From Eledone cirrhosa (lineage: Eukaryota), in contig OZ024740.1 of NCBI GenBank assembly GCA_964016885.1, forward strand, positions 263,872,001-263,936,000: a stretch of DNA of 64,000 bases, given 5' to 3'. The first letter of the stretch is position 1; each line of letters starts with the position of its first letter. Position numbers and translations under genes: made by a program. The notes under the pieces are model-generated. The model ran no database searches. It was not told where the DNA came from and saw nothing but the letters and a program-made list of their open reading frames with translations. Below are positions 42,149 to 57,679 of this stretch, one piece after another.

Positions 42149-43590
42149 ATTGTAAGAGTGAAGAATAACATGGTCAACAGTACACAAAGGGGTTTTATTT
42201 ACAGTATTAACAATTGTTTCACTGATTAAGTTGCCTGAATACTTGAATCTGTGCCACTCAGTTTTAAATACAATGCTAGCTTAACCAGATAATGAGAAAG
42301 GACTGTTAAAAATATGCTCAGCGTTTACGAATTAAAATTACAACATCATTAATAAAGAAAGAGAGAGAAAAATAGAAAGAGAAAAAATATAAAAAAGAAA
42401 AAAGAGAAAAATATATAGAGAAAGAGGATAGAGAGAAAAAAGAAAGAAGAGAAAAGGATGAAGAAAAAAGATAAAAGAAAAATAGAGAGAAAAAAATAAT
42501 AAAGATAATAATAATAAATGACTAAATGTTAATAAATAAGTTATAACGAGGATGATAAAAAATAATAAAAAATATGATAAAACAATTAAAAAACTGTTAT
42601 ATGTGTGCGAAGAAAAGTAAACATAGTATGATTAATGAAAGTAGTTGGTGGTTAAAATATAGAGATATGATGGTATAAACATGAAATTGTTAAATATATT
42701 CATATATGTATTAGTTACATTAATATATTAATTAAATAATTAATCAATTAATTATTTGTAAGTTATATTAGAAGTGAAAATAATACAAGATATAATGTAG
42801 GAGATGAAATAAATTTAGGGAAAGAAATAGAAAGATAGAAAATGAAAGAGAGAGAATATTAGAGGTCATGATGTTGGTTCATTGAGAGTTGATGACAATA
42901 ATGATAATTGTTTCTACTTTTGGTACAAGGCCAGCAAATACCCAGTACATTACTGGTACTTTATTTTATCGACCCCCATAAGCATGAAAAGCAAAGTTAA
43001 CCTCGACCGGATTTGAACTCAGACCGTAAAGAGATGTAACTATCCGAGAAAGCATGGCGTCCAACCCTCTACCTATACTGCCAATGCTTTCTTATAATAG
43101 GTTATTATAATAGATTCAGGTGATACATTTTTATCTCTATATTTTTCTTTTTCTTTCTCTTTTATCTTTTTTCTTCATCCTTTTCTCTTCTTTCTTTTTT
43201 CTCTCTATCGTTTTTCTCTATATCTTTTTTCTTTTTTCCTTTTTTTCTTTTTTCTCTCACTTTCTTTTTTTTTCTCTCGCTTTCTTTATTAATGATGTTA
43301 TAACGCTGAGCATATTTTTAACAGTCCTTTCTGATGGTCTGGTTAAGCTAGCATTGTATTTAAAATCGAGTGGCACAGCTTCAAGTGTTCAGCAATTTTT
43401 AGACAACTTAATCAGTGAAACAATGGTTAATACTGTGAATAAAACCCCTTTTTTGTGCTGTTGACCATGTTATTCTTCACTCTTTCAATATTATTACTCC
43501 AAGATAAACTTACATAGGAATTCAAGAGAACTCACAAACTAGCCACTATTGAGTCAGACAACGCTGTACGCTAAAACTATGTGTTTATAT
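42149..43590. mobile_element. Inverted pair of PLE pseudo-LTRs (arms of about 340 bp) with degenerate hammerheads
   Basis: 42149-42490 is the reverse complement of 43130-43491. Cores read ctcatta and ctgatgg, each followed by ctggttaag..cttaatcag-tGAAAC. The right arm has an extra tail of about 90 nt. Confidence 0.75.
42905..43085 (-). mobile_element. tRNA-derived SINE
   Basis: Reverse complement of the 18329 family. Confidence 0.88.
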
Positions 43591-43786
43591 ATATGTATAT
43601 ATACCTGCATACATGTACATCATTCCACACATATTCTTTATAATTCTTTATTCTGTCAGCACTTCGTAAACTTTCAAGTGTTCGGATACGTTTACAGGAT
43701 ATTCGTGGACGTTAAACGAAAAAGCTGTCATAGGAAAATCATCATTAAATACACACACACAAACCAACACTTACACATACACACAA

Positions 43787-43849
<63 letters not shown>

Positions 43850-44244
43850 GAATGTGCTTGTGTTTATGCGCGTGTGTCTGCGTGTGCATGTGAGTGATGT
43901 GTGTGTATGCGCGTGTGGGAAATTAACTTTTGTAATATGAGAAACATTTTGAAATTCTAAAATTTATCCGACTTTTCTGGACTAGATTTTTATCTTTCTT
44001 CTTTTGAAATGGATTTCTATCGAGACATTTCATTCATCTACTTACTCCCCAAAATATGATGGTCATTTATGAAATGAAATCAGTCCTATTGTAAATCAGG
44101 ATTCAATATTCTAGCTTTCATTTCAAATTATTTGCGATGTTTATTTGTTTACTTTTAAATTTCATTCTAATTTTTTAAAATGTCTTCTTAATTCTTTGAT
44201 GTAGTAACCGTGTAATAGAATTCATCATGCGCATCATAATCATT

Positions 44245-44290
44245 GTCATCATCATCATCACTTCATCATCATTATCTTCATAATCATTAC

Positions 44291-44328
<38 letters not shown>

Positions 44329-44340
44329 ACATCATCATAA
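44245..44340. repeat. (CAT)n microsatellite
   Basis: Direct reading. Confidence 0.9.
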
Positions 44341-44471
44341 TTATCATTAGCCTAATCATGAACATCATTATTACAGTTGTTCCTCCGCTAAATTTTCGTC
44401 ACGCTCCCCCACATGCATACCTACATATATATCTGCAAGGTTTATGTATAAGTAAACGTATAAACGTGTGT

Positions 44472-44514
<43 letters not shown>

Positions 44515-44520
44515 CTCCCG

Positions 44521-44552
<32 letters not shown>

Positions 44553-44557
44553 CTCCC

Positions 44558-44619
<62 letters not shown>

Positions 44620-45275
44620 GCAAATATACACGTATACATTAGTTTGCATCTCATCACTTAATATCCAGTGCTTCTTCCTGGTTATTTTCTTCTGCTTCAT
44701 TTACACTTCTTGTTTTCTTTCTTTAGTTTCCTATGTTTGTAGTTTATTTTCATTTTATTTTGCCTTCTTTCTTGTAGCATCCTATCTTTGTCATCAAACA
44801 TAGAAGAACTCTCATCATACGTACGAAAGAAATCTTACTCCATCTACTTGTGCCTTATATCATTTTTGCTTCATCTCTCGTTCAACATATTCTTATCTTG
44901 TCCATCGAAATCATTCACACCTCGTCAAATATCACTCTCAGCCATTTCCTATATCATACTTTAATGGCCTATTCTATATCATTCTTTCTACACGCAGTTT
45001 CCCTCGCTCTCTAATTCACTTTCTGTCTCTCTTTCTCCACAATTATACACACACTATCGCATATATGCGTTGTATATTTAGATACATACAGGTATACGTG
45101 TTCAAATATACACTCACTCTGTCACGATTTCACTTTCTAGCTAGCCAGGTTTGCATAATTTTATCTATTAATATACGTTTCCATGTCTCGATACTTCTTC
45201 CGCTTTCTCACCGTTTCTTTTTCTCCTACCTCACTCTCTCATTCTCCCTCTTTCTCTCGCTCTCTCTGTTTAGAT

Positions 45276-45484
<209 letters not shown>

Positions 45485-45535
45485 AATGTATATATATATA
45501 TATATGCATATGTATGTATATATGTATATATATGC

Positions 45536-45586
<51 letters not shown>

Positions 45587-45644
45587 AATGTATATATATA
45601 TATATACATATGTATGTATATATGTATATATATGCATATGTATG

Positions 45645-45676
<32 letters not shown>

Positions 45677-46124
45677 ATTACAAGATACGATTGTGATAAA
45701 TCATTGTAGGATTACCAATAATTCAAATTGCCTGCCATACTGTGAAAAAAGCAACTAATTACGTTATTATATCACACAGAGAAAATTATTTGGAATGTCA
45801 TTACATGTTCCATATTTTATTGGATATTCATCTAACTACATGCACCTTTATTTTCTGGTCATTTACTATTTTGTTTTCTAAGCCAATCTCAATACATTCC
45901 AGGTAAAGGCGAAGCACATCATTTAAATTCTAGGTGTACCTAATTTAAATCTACCTCATATATCCATGTATGTCTTTACGTATATGTATCTTTATATCCA
46001 TCAATCCAACTTCTCACTCTCACTTTATGTATATACAAAGACACACATATATAATCATATATATATGTGTGTGTGTGTCTGTCTCTCACTCTCACTCTCT
46101 CTCGCTCTCTCTCTATATATATAT

Positions 46125-46452
46125 ATATATTGGTAAACGGAAAAGAAAATGCTGACAAATTGTTCACAGTGAAAAATTGTTTAAAAATAATTTTGAGATA
46201 GAGCGTCCGTGATGTTTGCTCTAATCAGATTAGAGCAAACATCACGGACGCTCTATCTCAAAATTATTTTTGAAAAGCATTAGAAATGCGCAACCGGTAA
46301 AACTTAAAACCAAAACTGAATACTAACCAATACTATTACTAATTCTCACTTATTCCTAATTAAACAATTTTTCACTGTGAACAATTTGTCAGCATTTTCT
46401 TTTCCCTTTACCAATATATCATAACTTGTGTGTTACACCTCTATTCTTTTAA

Positions 46453-46453
<1 letters not shown>
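46125..46453. mobile_element. Nested double fold-back PLE end with a degenerate U3-A8 hammerhead
   Basis: Outer arms at 46125-46184 and 46360-46419. Inner perfect 44-bp hairpin at 46183-46226 and 46228-46271. ttt-UUGAAAA-gcatt(aga)aatgc-GCAA-ccgg-UA-aaa at 46267-46302. Confidence 0.75.
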
Positions 46454-46489
<36 letters not shown>

Positions 46490-46722
46490 TAAATAACAAG
46501 AGGCTGGTTTGGTGTAAATCCTTGAAAGGTTTATTATACTGGTCTGGATTTACACCAGTCCAGCCTCCCGTTATTTTTATTTATAATTAACACCGTATTC
46601 GCACCACCAAACGAAGACGGGTGAACTGCACTACGTTGAGTACTCTCCAAAATATCACACCAAGATTGACCTTGCGGAATGACCAAATCTATCCAGCGGT
46701 GAACCAACAAACCTAAAGAAAT
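46490..46722. repeat. Asymmetric fold-back fragment in (TA)n
   Basis: aaataac..gaggctgg..tggtgtaaatcc pairs with ggatttacacca..ccagcctc..gttattt. A tail follows. Confidence 0.65.
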
Positions 46723-46908
46723 ATATATATATATATAAATATATATATATATATTAATAGTAATACATTTGAAGACTAAAATTCAAAGAGGGCTCGATAA
46801 GGATAAATATATATATATATCAAATATATAAGCAAATATTTATTAAAATAACAGCAAATGTTTATTAAAATAACAGATTAAACTTTAATCTGTTATCTTA
46901 ATAAATAA

Positions 46909-46962
<54 letters not shown>

Positions 46963-47004
46963 AAATATATTAATAAATGGAAACTATATTTATAAAACCA
47001 TATT

Positions 47005-47070
47005 TATTTTATTATGCATATTTCAAGGGCGACCAAGGTAAATTATGGTGCGCTTACATCAGATAAAATA
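47005..47070 (-). ncRNA. Minimal hammerhead ribozyme (family F3, one core deviation)
   Basis: tattttat-CUGAUGU-aagcgcacca(taatttacct)tggtcgccctt-GAAA-tatgca-UA^-ataaaata. Confidence 0.62.
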
Positions 47071-47279
47071 CAGATTTGTTTTATAAATAAATATTGACTT
47101 ACCCGGAAAAAGACAACCTCAACGGTTGAAATTTCCGGGTATGTCAATGTTTATGGTTATATAAATATAGTTTCCATTTATTAACATATTGTATATTTAC
47201 TCCACTCACTGTTGAGTACTTTATATCAGTTATAAAGATATTTAAGCTTGTTAAATACCAACAAATTAAATATAACCTC

Positions 47280-47363
<84 letters not shown>

Positions 47364-48199
47364 TATATAAATAAACGGAATAAAATGAAACGAAATTTCA
47401 TTTCTCTCTCTTAGTACGGCTGTTACTTAAATATAAGTATGTATACGTACATACATATATGTATACAGACGTAAAGTAGTATGTATATATATATACATAC
47501 ATGTACACATATATATATATGTACGTATGGATTCACCGAAGATTTATTATAATTGTTTCTACTTTAGGAACAAGGCCACACATATGTGTCCACACATAAA
47601 AAGAACTCGTGAACATAAACACAATATGATAATAAAATAAAATATGTAAATAAATTTGCAATATTATAGGGTACATTAAATCTGTATGTAACTACATAAA
47701 GATGCAGGAAAAGAAGGGGTAATATAAAGGAACGAGTAAAATAAATAAAAAATAAATAAAAAAAAACGAAAAAAAAGGGGGGAGGTATAGGAGAAGGTGC
47801 GTGCGTCCATGTGACGTGTTGCACATAGGTATTATGATATGCAGGCTCGTTTCCGTGTATACAACAGGTAACAGTAACAAAACAATGATATAACAATATT
47901 AACAATCACTTTTCCAAAGTGGAGTAGGTGTAGCGTATATAGTCACGATTGACGGTGTACACATTCAATGTGACGCCCGCCATGGTCGCCATGGGGCATG
48001 GCACCGTGTCTGGGGTGTGCTGTTCTAAATGTTTAGTGCACAGGTCCGGGGGGTAGTGGGCCCCCTGTCAGCTGGTCCCGGCCCATGCAGTACATCTTCC
48101 AATGTTGCGTGCCCGGTCACGTGCGCACCCGGTCTACATATGATTGCCCCGCGGGTCGGACTTCGTCATCACGGTATGTCGTCAGCTCCTCTAATCCCG

Positions 48200-48665
48200 C
48201 TAGGCCAATCGGGTCTGTACGTTCTCATTCTCGTGCCCCCTGGCTGCGTCACCCGGCGGAATCCATGCTGCAAAAGTGCATCTTCTCTGGTGTCTGCATG
48301 TCATGATAATTTCAGACTTCAGGTTGACGGTGTCATCCTTCAGTCTGACTATCTCCATGGCCTCGTGTAGGCACAGTCGGCACTTTCTACTTGCGGCCGA
48401 ATATGCACGCACATGGCCAACGATACTCCATTCCAGGGCGTATGGAGTGCCGTGGTCTTTCATGTCCCACACGAGGTCCGCTAACCTAGTGGAGTGCCTT
48501 TTGCTACGGTCCCTAAAGGAATTCGTGTGATTATACATCCGCGATTTAAAGGTCGTTGATGTTGTGCCTATGTAGGTTCGATGCGCATTCTGGGTCGTAA
48601 CCACACACTTGTATACTAGGTCCTTCATTAAGCATTTTCCCTGTAGGGGGCACTGCGTGCCCGCT
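48200..48665 (-). mobile_element. PLE GIY-YIG endonuclease domain, intact reading frame, 5'-truncated element
   Basis: QCPLQGKCLMKDLVYKC...TYIGTTSTTFKSRMYNHTNSFR...STRLADLVW.MK...W.I...AY...KCRLCLHEAMEI...NLKSEIIMTCRH. A GC-rich 3' region continues to about 47900. Confidence 0.9.
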
Positions 48666-48746
48666 CTTAAGTTTCAAGTTCTGCTGTCAATTCTTGTGCG
48701 TTCGATGTCCGGGCCCAGTGATATAATTTGCGCCGGACATAACAGA

Positions 48747-48837
48747 CGTGTCTGAAAGAACCCGCAGAAGTAGAATCAGCCAAATCCATACAAGGACCAT
48801 GACTCGAGCTACATGCCGGCGAAACATTTGTAACACG
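48747..48837 (+). ncRNA. Degenerate type I hammerhead in PLE end fragment 48668-48960
   Basis: cgtgt-CUGAA(A)GA-...-GAAAC-attt-GUA^-acacg. The core has one extra A and stem II pairs poorly. Confidence 0.45.
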
Positions 48838-48963
48838 AAATAAACTAAGTCCAGATGCATCACTGATTTTTCGTTTTCTTGATAATATATACACTCTACT
48901 CTGAAGAATATCGTGTTCTAATTTTGCCATACGCCTACGGAAGCACGATAGCTACCACTATAC

Positions 48964-49036
<73 letters not shown>

Positions 49037-49041
<5 letters not shown>

Positions 49042-49707
49042 ATGATAATAAATTTGAAGACTAAAATCCAAAGAGGGCTCGATAAGGACAAATATATATC
49101 AGATATATAAGAACCGTAGAGCAAATATTTATTAAAATAACAGATTAAAGTTTAAGCAAAGAATCGCTGCTTTCATCCATAACGGGATCTTCTGAAACTA
49201 AAAAAATCAATCTGTGAACGCAGAAGTAAATATTTCAAAAAACGTTGCAACCGAAGGAAGACAGGAAGACGATACTTTGGTTCTGGAAACGTTCCCCGGC
49301 AAAGAACGGAAAAAACGAAGAAAATACGTCGTTATTAGGTGAGGTAAAAACAATTACACGCGAAGACAAAACCACGTTTGTGGTATAACCTAGCCGTGGG
49401 AACACGTCTCCATGAACCATCTAATAGAATATTAGTCTACGATTTCATTTATACCATAAACGTGGTTTTGTCTTCGCGTGTAATTGTTTTCACCGCACCT
49501 AATAATGACGTATTATCTTCGGTTTTTTCCGTTCTTTGCCAGGGATCGTTTCCGCGAACCGAAGTGTCGTCTTTCTGTCTTCCTTCGGTTGCAAAACGTT
49601 TTGAAATATTTACTTCTGCGTTCACAGATTGACTTTTTTAGTTTCAGAAGATCCCGTTAAAAGCAGCGATTCTTTGCTTAACCTTAATCTGTTATTTTCA
49701 TAAATAC

Positions 49708-49708
<1 letters not shown>
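49037..49708. mobile_element. Large fold-back (arms of about 260 bp) PLE end in (TA)n
   Basis: Arms at 49126-49389 and 49449-49706, with a one-sided tail of about 90 nt. Shorter versions of the family at 46756-46915 and 29246-29272. Confidence 0.82.
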
Positions 49709-49745
<37 letters not shown>

Positions 49746-49829
49746 TGTATATATAGTCTGAGTGATGGTCAATTACATGTGACTGTTTATAAATAAAATT
49801 ATCCGTATGTCTGTATGAATAATTGCGAG

Positions 49830-49866
<37 letters not shown>

Positions 49867-50066
49867 CCATGTGTGCGTGTGTGTATATATATATGTCTGT
49901 TTGTGTGTAGGTATATATTTATATAAACTGATGCCGCTAGACGTATACAGTCATATGACGTACTCAAACTGTTAGAATAAATTAAATACGATAGGATGAT
50001 TGATTAAGATATGAATATTTAATTATTATTCATCATAAAATGTCATTCTAATTATATATATGTTTA

Positions 50067-50114
<48 letters not shown>

Positions 50115-50395
50115 CGTATATACATATATATGTATATTTATGTGTATATATATATATATTTATATATATATATGGAATAGAATGAAACGAAATTTCATTT
50201 CTCACTCTTAGTACGGCACTTACTTAAATGTAAGTATGTATGTATGTATACGTGCGTACATATATGTGTACAGACGTACAGTAGTATGTATATATATACC
50301 GATACGTGCATATATATATATGTGTGCATGTATGTATATACATACTACTGTACGTCTGTATACATACATGTATGTACGTATACATACATAGTTAC

Positions 50396-50429
<34 letters not shown>

Positions 50430-50759
50430 GTACGTGTACACATATATATATATGAATATATGTATCTATATGTATATATGTATGTGTGTGTGTATGTGCG
50501 CGTGTGCGTATACTCATACACGTGTTGGTGTGGATTTAGAAACTGGAAGCAAGCTAGACAGTATAGTTTATTCTTCACTCTCACTAGGCTTTTACACATT
50601 TTAAAAAAGGCACTTAATATAAGTGTGACGGTTATGTCCGAACGATTATCCGCCACTGCCGAATAATTTATTCTCCGGGGAATGCACTGAACCGGAAGAC
50701 GGCGAAGCAGTTGCGCTGGAACAGCTACTCCATCTGGCGGGTCTCGCACCTTGACGCGG

Positions 50760-51415
50760 CAACTCCAGTCTGATAGCAAGTGAGTAGGGATGTAGTTCAA
50801 GAGCAAAGAATGCCGGAAGTCTCCACTGCTACAGGCTTTACCGAAAAGCTACCAGAAAGTGGCCGAAACTTGGACAATTTACGCTCTTTGGCTTAGCGTG
50901 TAGCTGAAAAGCAAAACCGTCCATGAGGATTTCAAAAATAATGCCAACATTGTGACAATTTCCAGAAAGGAAGCCGATCACCCTACGTAAACTATTACGT
51001 CATCCCCCTCCAAAGCATCGCTGGCAAGAACTTCACGCGAATCCTCATGAATCGAACATAGCAGAACAGTGCCCTTCAAAATACTAATGTGGTTTACGAC
51101 CACCAGAAGGCACTGTGGATATTGACTTCTGTGCGAGAGGGCTCCAGGAGAAGAGCGTGAACAACCGAAACCACCGTTATTCATATTTTCGGGATATACA
51201 GAAGGCTTTCGACAAACTCCCATGACCAGCAATGTGCTCCACCTTTTACCTGCATTGGCTACCGAGACCACTTCGGGTCTCTGATCCGTATTGTCCATGA
51301 CGGAATAGACATCGGGCGCCAACTCCGAGCGTTTTCCGATCATCAGTGACCACAAGCACTGCTTCATTTTGGCTCCAGCACACTTCTCAATATATTGAAA
51401 ATTACTTCAGTCTGT
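50760..51415 (+). mobile_element. RTE (BovB-like) RT remnant
   Basis: [64 protein letters not shown]. Confidence 0.7.
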
Positions 51416-51425
51416 ATAGAACAAG

Positions 51426-51567
<142 letters not shown>

Positions 51568-51590
51568 TATTCTATACATATACATAAATA

Positions 51591-51637
<47 letters not shown>

Positions 51638-52373
51638 TGTGTGTGTGTAAGTATGTATATATATATATATATATGGGGTGTTGCTACGTAAGCATGAACT
51701 TGAGTATATGTACGTATGTGTACATATGTATACCCATGATGCCATGCGACTAGATGAGTCGAATTGGATGAGGAGGGAAAAAGTATAAGATAAAATGATT
51801 GATTGAGCGATGAATATTTAATGATGATTTATCGTAAAATGTCATTGAAATTATACATATAGTTACGTATATATATGTGTTTGGGTAGGAATTGGAACAT
51901 TCTTCAATGCAAATCATTTTCAATTTATTGTACTACAAACTTAGTCGCATAACACAAGCCTAGTCACACACACACATATAAACAAACAATATACCAGTTT
52001 GGCAGGCTGACTACACTTCGTATGTGAAAGTTTATTTCTAGAAGTCCACCATTTACAGCTCTTAGCGCCCACCGCAAGAAAAAGTTTTTGTACAGCTCTT
52101 ATTCCCCCAAATTTTGATTATTGAAATTAATTTGGTCACAGCCTTGCTTCCTACTTGTTGGTTTTCAACACATACAAACAGTATTCTTAACTTCATATGC
52201 AAGATGAAATCCGTAAATTTAATAATTTCGCTCTCTATATTTCGTATGATACTCAATAATATGTGTGTGAAAGATGGACACACTCTCCTATATATTTATA
52301 CTCACACAGATACTACATATATGTACATTGTGTATATATATATATATATATATGTGTGATTGTGTGTGTGTGT

Positions 52374-52416
<43 letters not shown>

Positions 52417-52881
52417 AGTGTGTGTGTGTGTGTTCACTAAACTATGTTACCAAACACTTATTTACATCATAATTTGATTTACAAATGTTTCATCCTCGTG
52501 TCACTCACCAGAATAATTCATTTTATAACGAAATAACTCAACAATTTCATCGTTTCGAAAACGCAAGACGTCCGCAGTGTTTTGTTTACATTTTACAAAA
52601 CTGGTATATTATTTACCACGTGGAGCCTGACTTTAATTCAAACTGGCACTCAAACGAATGTCATACACCAGAATAGTCTTGTCACCATAGGCAATGTCAC
52701 TTTTTCTACATAATAAGTTCTTTATAAATGCCAAAAATGTACAGATGCACACGCTCACGCACACACACGCACAGAAATGCACCCCCCCCCCCTATACTGA
52801 CACACGCTCATATATAGGCCCATCTCAATTAAAATATATATGTGCATGTATACAGGCCTATGTACATAAATTATCAAAAGA

Positions 52882-53037
52882 AATAATTGTTTCTACTCTT
52901 TGGCACAAGGCCAGCAATTACCCAGTGCATTACTGGTACTTTATTTTATCGACCCCGTAAGGATGAAAGGCAAAGTTAACCTCGGCGGGATTTGAACTCA
53001 GATCGTAAGCATGGCGTCCGACGCTCTACCGATACTG
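52882..53037 (-). mobile_element. tRNA-derived SINE (internally deleted)
   Basis: Reverse complement of the 18329 family, lacking about 25 nt of the tRNA-like head. Confidence 0.88.
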
Positions 53038-53513
53038 AATAATGATTTCTTTATCAAAATTAATAATAATGACAAATTAATTGGTTTAGCGAATCTAACA
53101 ATACATTTTACTCACCACAAAAACATATACTCTAGTTATTAGTGGGGAAAGGAACTAATTTACCATTGGTAGCTCCTCCAACCTCATCCCGCACACATAC
53201 AGAGAGCTCGCTACGCATCCCCATACCACCACATAATCCGCAATTATACATGTGTGCGTATAACCGCGCCACATCTATCCGCAGATATGTATGTGTATGT
53301 ACTATTATATAGGTTCATCAAATACATCTACCTGAACCAATTAGATAGAGGAGAACTAAAAGTTTGTCAGCATATAATCCAGAAAATACATGTGTGTGTG
53401 TCGCTATGTTTACAGTTTATTATAATGAATTATCGTATTTTAAGCTGATAATACTTTTTCACCTACACCTTTCCAGTTTTATATTTGAAAACGAATTACT
53501 TTATACACACGCT

Positions 53514-53605
<92 letters not shown>

Positions 53606-53608
<3 letters not shown>

Positions 53609-53797
53609 GAACGAGTAGGACCCCGACGGCTGAGCTCAAGCCGTTTCGACGGCTAATTCTGGACGGCTAATTAGTCCAGAATTATCCGTCAAAATCCGTC
53701 GGGGTCCTACTCGTTCCTATTACCCACTCTACTACCCTAAGTATTGAGTACTTTGGTGCGTTATGGTCCACCTGGTTCCTTACCACACTTCCTTCGT

Positions 53798-53800
<3 letters not shown>
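53606..53800 (+). mobile_element. Fold-back PLE end, family F2 (second copy)
   Basis: Same ends and tail as 2872-3104, with a different junction. Confidence 0.75.
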
Positions 53801-53838
<38 letters not shown>

Positions 53839-54349
53839 AGTTTTAAATCAAATTGTTTAAAACTATAAGTGAAGTCATTATTTTCCTTTTTTCGAACATA
53901 CCTAACTGGACGAAGGACTTCACACATTTTCCAATATATATATATATATATATATATAAACGGAAAAAATGAAACGAAATTTCATTTCCCACTCTTAGTA
54001 CGGCTGTTACTTAAATATAAGTATGTACACGTACATACATATATGTATACAGACGTACAGTAGTATGTATATATATATACATACATGCACACATATATAT
54101 ATGTACGTATGGATTCACCGAACATTTATTATAATGCTCGGTGTGTTTACATATATGTATGTACGTGTACATACTTATATTTAAGTAACAGCCGTACTAA
54201 GAGTGGGAAATGAAATTTCGCTTCATTTTTTCCGTTTATCGTTTTCGGTGCACTCGGCCGATTAACCCACTCGATATTCAAATTGGGCTACTCAGCCGTT
54301 AATATGCATAAGGTAAGTATATACGTTCAACAATCTGACAGGAAGGTAT

Positions 54350-54392
54350 ACGCTGCTGACGATAGCTAATAAGCTTGAAACTAGTACAGCAT
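54350..54392 (+). ncRNA. Minimal type I hammerhead ribozyme, intact core
   Basis: acgctg-CUGACGA-t-agct(aata)agct-t-GAAA-ctag-UA^-cagcat. Stem III is palindromic (actagt). Confidence 0.75.
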
Positions 54393-54895
54393 TCCTTTGT
54401 CAGTGTTGAACAAACGAGCAACGATGGTTGCTGGACACTACGGCTTAATACAGGATGTTTGTTTACAAACACAACGAGCATTATAATATGTGTTCGGTGA
54501 ATCCATACGTATATATATATGTGTGCATATATTTATATATATATACATACTACTGTACGTCTGTATACATATATGTATGTATGTGTACATACACATATAT
54601 ATATATATATATTTCGTTTCTGAATTTGTTTAGCAAGATTCTTTATCTGAAATCGTGTGTTGAAACCGATATTGTTATACTTTGGGAGGGTCATGTTGCC
54701 AATAAGACACACACGCACCAGTTGCTTTCACTTCAATTGGCAACATGACTCTCCCAAAGTATAACAATATATATATATTGAAAAAAATGTGTGAAATCCT
54801 TCGTACAGTTAGGTATATTTGAAAAAAGTTAGATAATGACTTCACCTGTAGTTTTAAACAATTTGATTTAAAACTACACACACACACACACACAT

Positions 54896-54996
<101 letters not shown>

Positions 54997-55087
54997 TATA
55001 CATACATATATATATATATATAATATATATATATACATAGATACACACTCACGCACACGCGCACACACACACACACGCATATATATA

Positions 55088-55129
<42 letters not shown>

Positions 55130-55328
55130 TATGTACACGTACATACATATATGTATACAGACGTACAGTAGTATGTATATATATACAAATATGCACAAAT
55201 ATATATATGTACGTATGGTTTCACCGAACATTTATTATAATGCTCGGTGTGTTTGTAAACAAACATCCCGTATTAAGCCGTAGTGTCCAGCAACCATCGT
55301 TGCTCGTTTGTTCAACACTAACATAGGA

Positions 55329-55371
55329 ACGCTGTACTAGTCTCAAGCTGATTAGCTATCATCAGCAACGT
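55329..55371 (-). ncRNA. Inverted paralog of the 54350 hammerhead (GAAA changed to GAGA)
   Basis: acgttg-CUGAUGA-tagct(aatc)agctt-GAGA-ctag-UA^-cagcgt. Confidence 0.6.
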
Positions 55372-55543
55372 ATACCTTCCTGCTATATTTATATTCAAGT
55401 AACAGCCGTACTAAGAGTGGGAAATGAAATTTTGTTTCATTCTCTCCGTTTATATATATATATAAGAACTGCGAACCGGTAAAGGAACCAAATAAATATA
55501 TATTTTTTAAAATAAAATTCCAGTTGCATTTTTCGATTTCATC

Positions 55544-55617
<74 letters not shown>

Positions 55618-55618
<1 letters not shown>

Positions 55619-55774
55619 CGTTATTCCGGGTTGAATCGGAGGTAACCACAGTAAGTAAGGTACTCAATACATAGCAGAGTATAACAGTTTTAATATAGAT
55701 GAGATTCTACAGGACTAGAACTGTTTCATTCATTAGAAATCAAGTCCTGTAGAATCTCATCTATATTAAAACTA
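55618..55774. mobile_element. Fold-back PLE end, family F1
   Basis: 31-bp arms agttttaatatagatgagattctacaggact and its reverse complement. One-sided tail. The junction falls in a truncated hammerhead-like tga..gaaac. Confidence 0.7.
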
Positions 55775-56852
<1,078 letters not shown>

Positions 56853-57011
56853 CAAAGAAAAAATGATGAAATATATATATTTAAAAAAATAAGACTCCAG
56901 TTGCATTTTTCGATTTCATCTTTTTTTCATTATACATTCACTCGTGTAGGACACCTCGGTTATTTTTCATTTTGTAAAAAAAAGAAAATGAAGTAAAACA
57001 ACCTCACTTTC

Positions 57012-57063
<52 letters not shown>

Positions 57064-57497
57064 TAAGAGAGAGAGAGAGAGATAGAAAGAGAGAGAGAGA
57101 GATAGAGAGAGAGAGAGTGAGGGAGAGAGAGAGAGAGAGAGAGAAAGATATAGAGATAGAGAGGACGACAGAGAGAGACAGAAAGAAAGAGTGAGAGATA
57201 GGTAGATGCGTAGATAGATATATGAGAATATAGATAAACATATACATAGATACAAACATTGTTAGATAAAAATATATACATGTGCGTGTCTTTGTGTAGA
57301 TATGTAAAAACAAACCCATCGAAATTTCGTGCATATATGTTTGATAATGATTACAACATTTTTCGATGAGAATTATGGAAATTGAATTAAATAAACTGAA
57401 GATGAAAGGTAGAGAAGCCGAAGGAAAATTAATGGGCATTACATAGAATATTTTAAAAGAGGAATAATTTATATAAATAGTTTTTATTATATATCTC

Positions 57498-57679
57498 CAG
57501 TGGATTAGCAGTATCGGTAGAGGGTCGGACGCCAAGCTTTCCAGCATAGTTACGTCCCTTTACGATCTGAGTTCAAATCCCGCCGAGGTTGACTTTGCCT
57601 TTCATCCTTACGGGGTCGATAAAATAAAGTACCAGTAATGCACTGGATAATTGCTGGCCTTGTGCCTAAAGTAGAAACA
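57498..57679 (+). mobile_element. tRNA-derived SINE with 12-bp TSD
   Basis: TSD attatatatctc at 57486-57497 and 57680-57691. Confidence 0.92.

Noticed and set aside
49160-49200. Hammerhead-like cagaaga-tcc..gga-tgaaag on the minus strand
   Set aside because: The core is mutated and stems I and III cannot be formed convincingly.
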